Below are positions 34,085 through 34,789 of a DNA stretch of 34,789 bases, piece by piece. The notes under the pieces were generated by a model. That model searched no databases and was not told the origin of the DNA. It was given only the letters and a program-made list of their open reading frames with translations. This DNA comes from Toensbergia leucococca. Taxonomy: Eukaryota. The stretch spans positions 1 through 34,789 of the forward strand of contig JALDZS010000226.1 in NCBI GenBank assembly GCA_022813965.1. The letters run 5' to 3'. Each line of letters begins with the position of its first letter. Within the stretch, counting starts at the first letter, position 1. The translations under genes were made by a program, and so were the position numbers.

Positions 34085-34789
34085 ACATAATTCTTTAACT
34101 CGTCCAAACAATGGAGTCTCCCTCCATGGTCTTTCACGATCGATTCAAGATCTAATCTGCTACAGCTACTAATCCAGTGGTATTTTTAACACAGCATGGT
34201 TTTTCGTCTGGTTAGCAAAAGATAACGGAAAAGCGTTGTATTGGTCTACGGAACAAGATTTGATGGCATAAAAAGTAAATAATAGCATCGTTGTGGTCCT
34301 TTGTACATTGAGTGCATTCGCGTTTAATTCCAGCTTCTTTCTCGAATGTGCCTATTTTATTAATCTGCGTCATGGGCCATTTACGATGCATCAGAGTACT
34401 TGCGATTCTTTCCGCTGTTCGCGTCTTAGGAAATGCTCATCAATCTGTTAATCTGTCGCAGCGCACATTCTCAAATTTACTAATAGGAATACTTGATTCA
34501 CTTCTGATGGTCAACTTTTAATGGCACTTGGTTGGCTCATTGGTACCTTCGAAGAAGCACGATTCGTATGTCGCGGCAACCCTAGATTTACACTATCAAG
34601 CAGGCGCGTTACCGTCGCTTACTGTCAAGATGAAAGTGCGATTAGAACGGCTATTACTGCGAACTCCCAGCATTAGAAGATTCATCGAGCAGCGGCTGCA
34701 TTCTCCCGGAAAAACAATTGCCCCCTGAAGAGGACCATCCCAACCTATCTCTTAGACAAAGGACCGACTCAATATTCCACAGTAGCACA

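Noticed and set aside
1..34789. CRISPR arrays, rRNA, tRNA, intact transposase/retroelement ORFs, secondary-metabolite backbone genes
   Set aside because: None recognised by eye. Small ncRNAs cannot be excluded without covariance-model searches.
34312..34789. Short ORFs at the right edge
   Set aside because: No recognisable domain, and the context is cut off by the window end.

Overview
Eukaryotic DNA from a filamentous ascomycete: GT-AG introns of about 50-100 nt and Zn2Cys6 and Clr5 domains. A lichen-forming or related Pezizomycotina host is only an inference. The right part (23.7-34.1 kb) is a compact block of conserved genes: VPS51, SKI3, a GH5_12 sterylglucosidase/EGCrP-type glycosidase with a GC-AG intron and CaaX end, and a conserved hypothetical gene. 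The left part (1-23.4 kb) looks accessory. It holds a degenerate inverted-repeat element, a Zn2Cys6 factor divergent from a DUF7702-like membrane protein, a small prion-like Q/G/Y protein, an intronless pRiA4b-ORF3 (MM3350-like) gene, a tandem pair of orphan paralogues, a proline iminopeptidase-type hydrolase and two homopolymer-garbled loci. It also holds a spliced ~1285-aa gene that appears chimeric: Zn2Cys6 + Clr5 + a large domain I cannot name. Exon models were built by hand from splice signals and frame continuity. Family assignments come from motif recall, not database searches.
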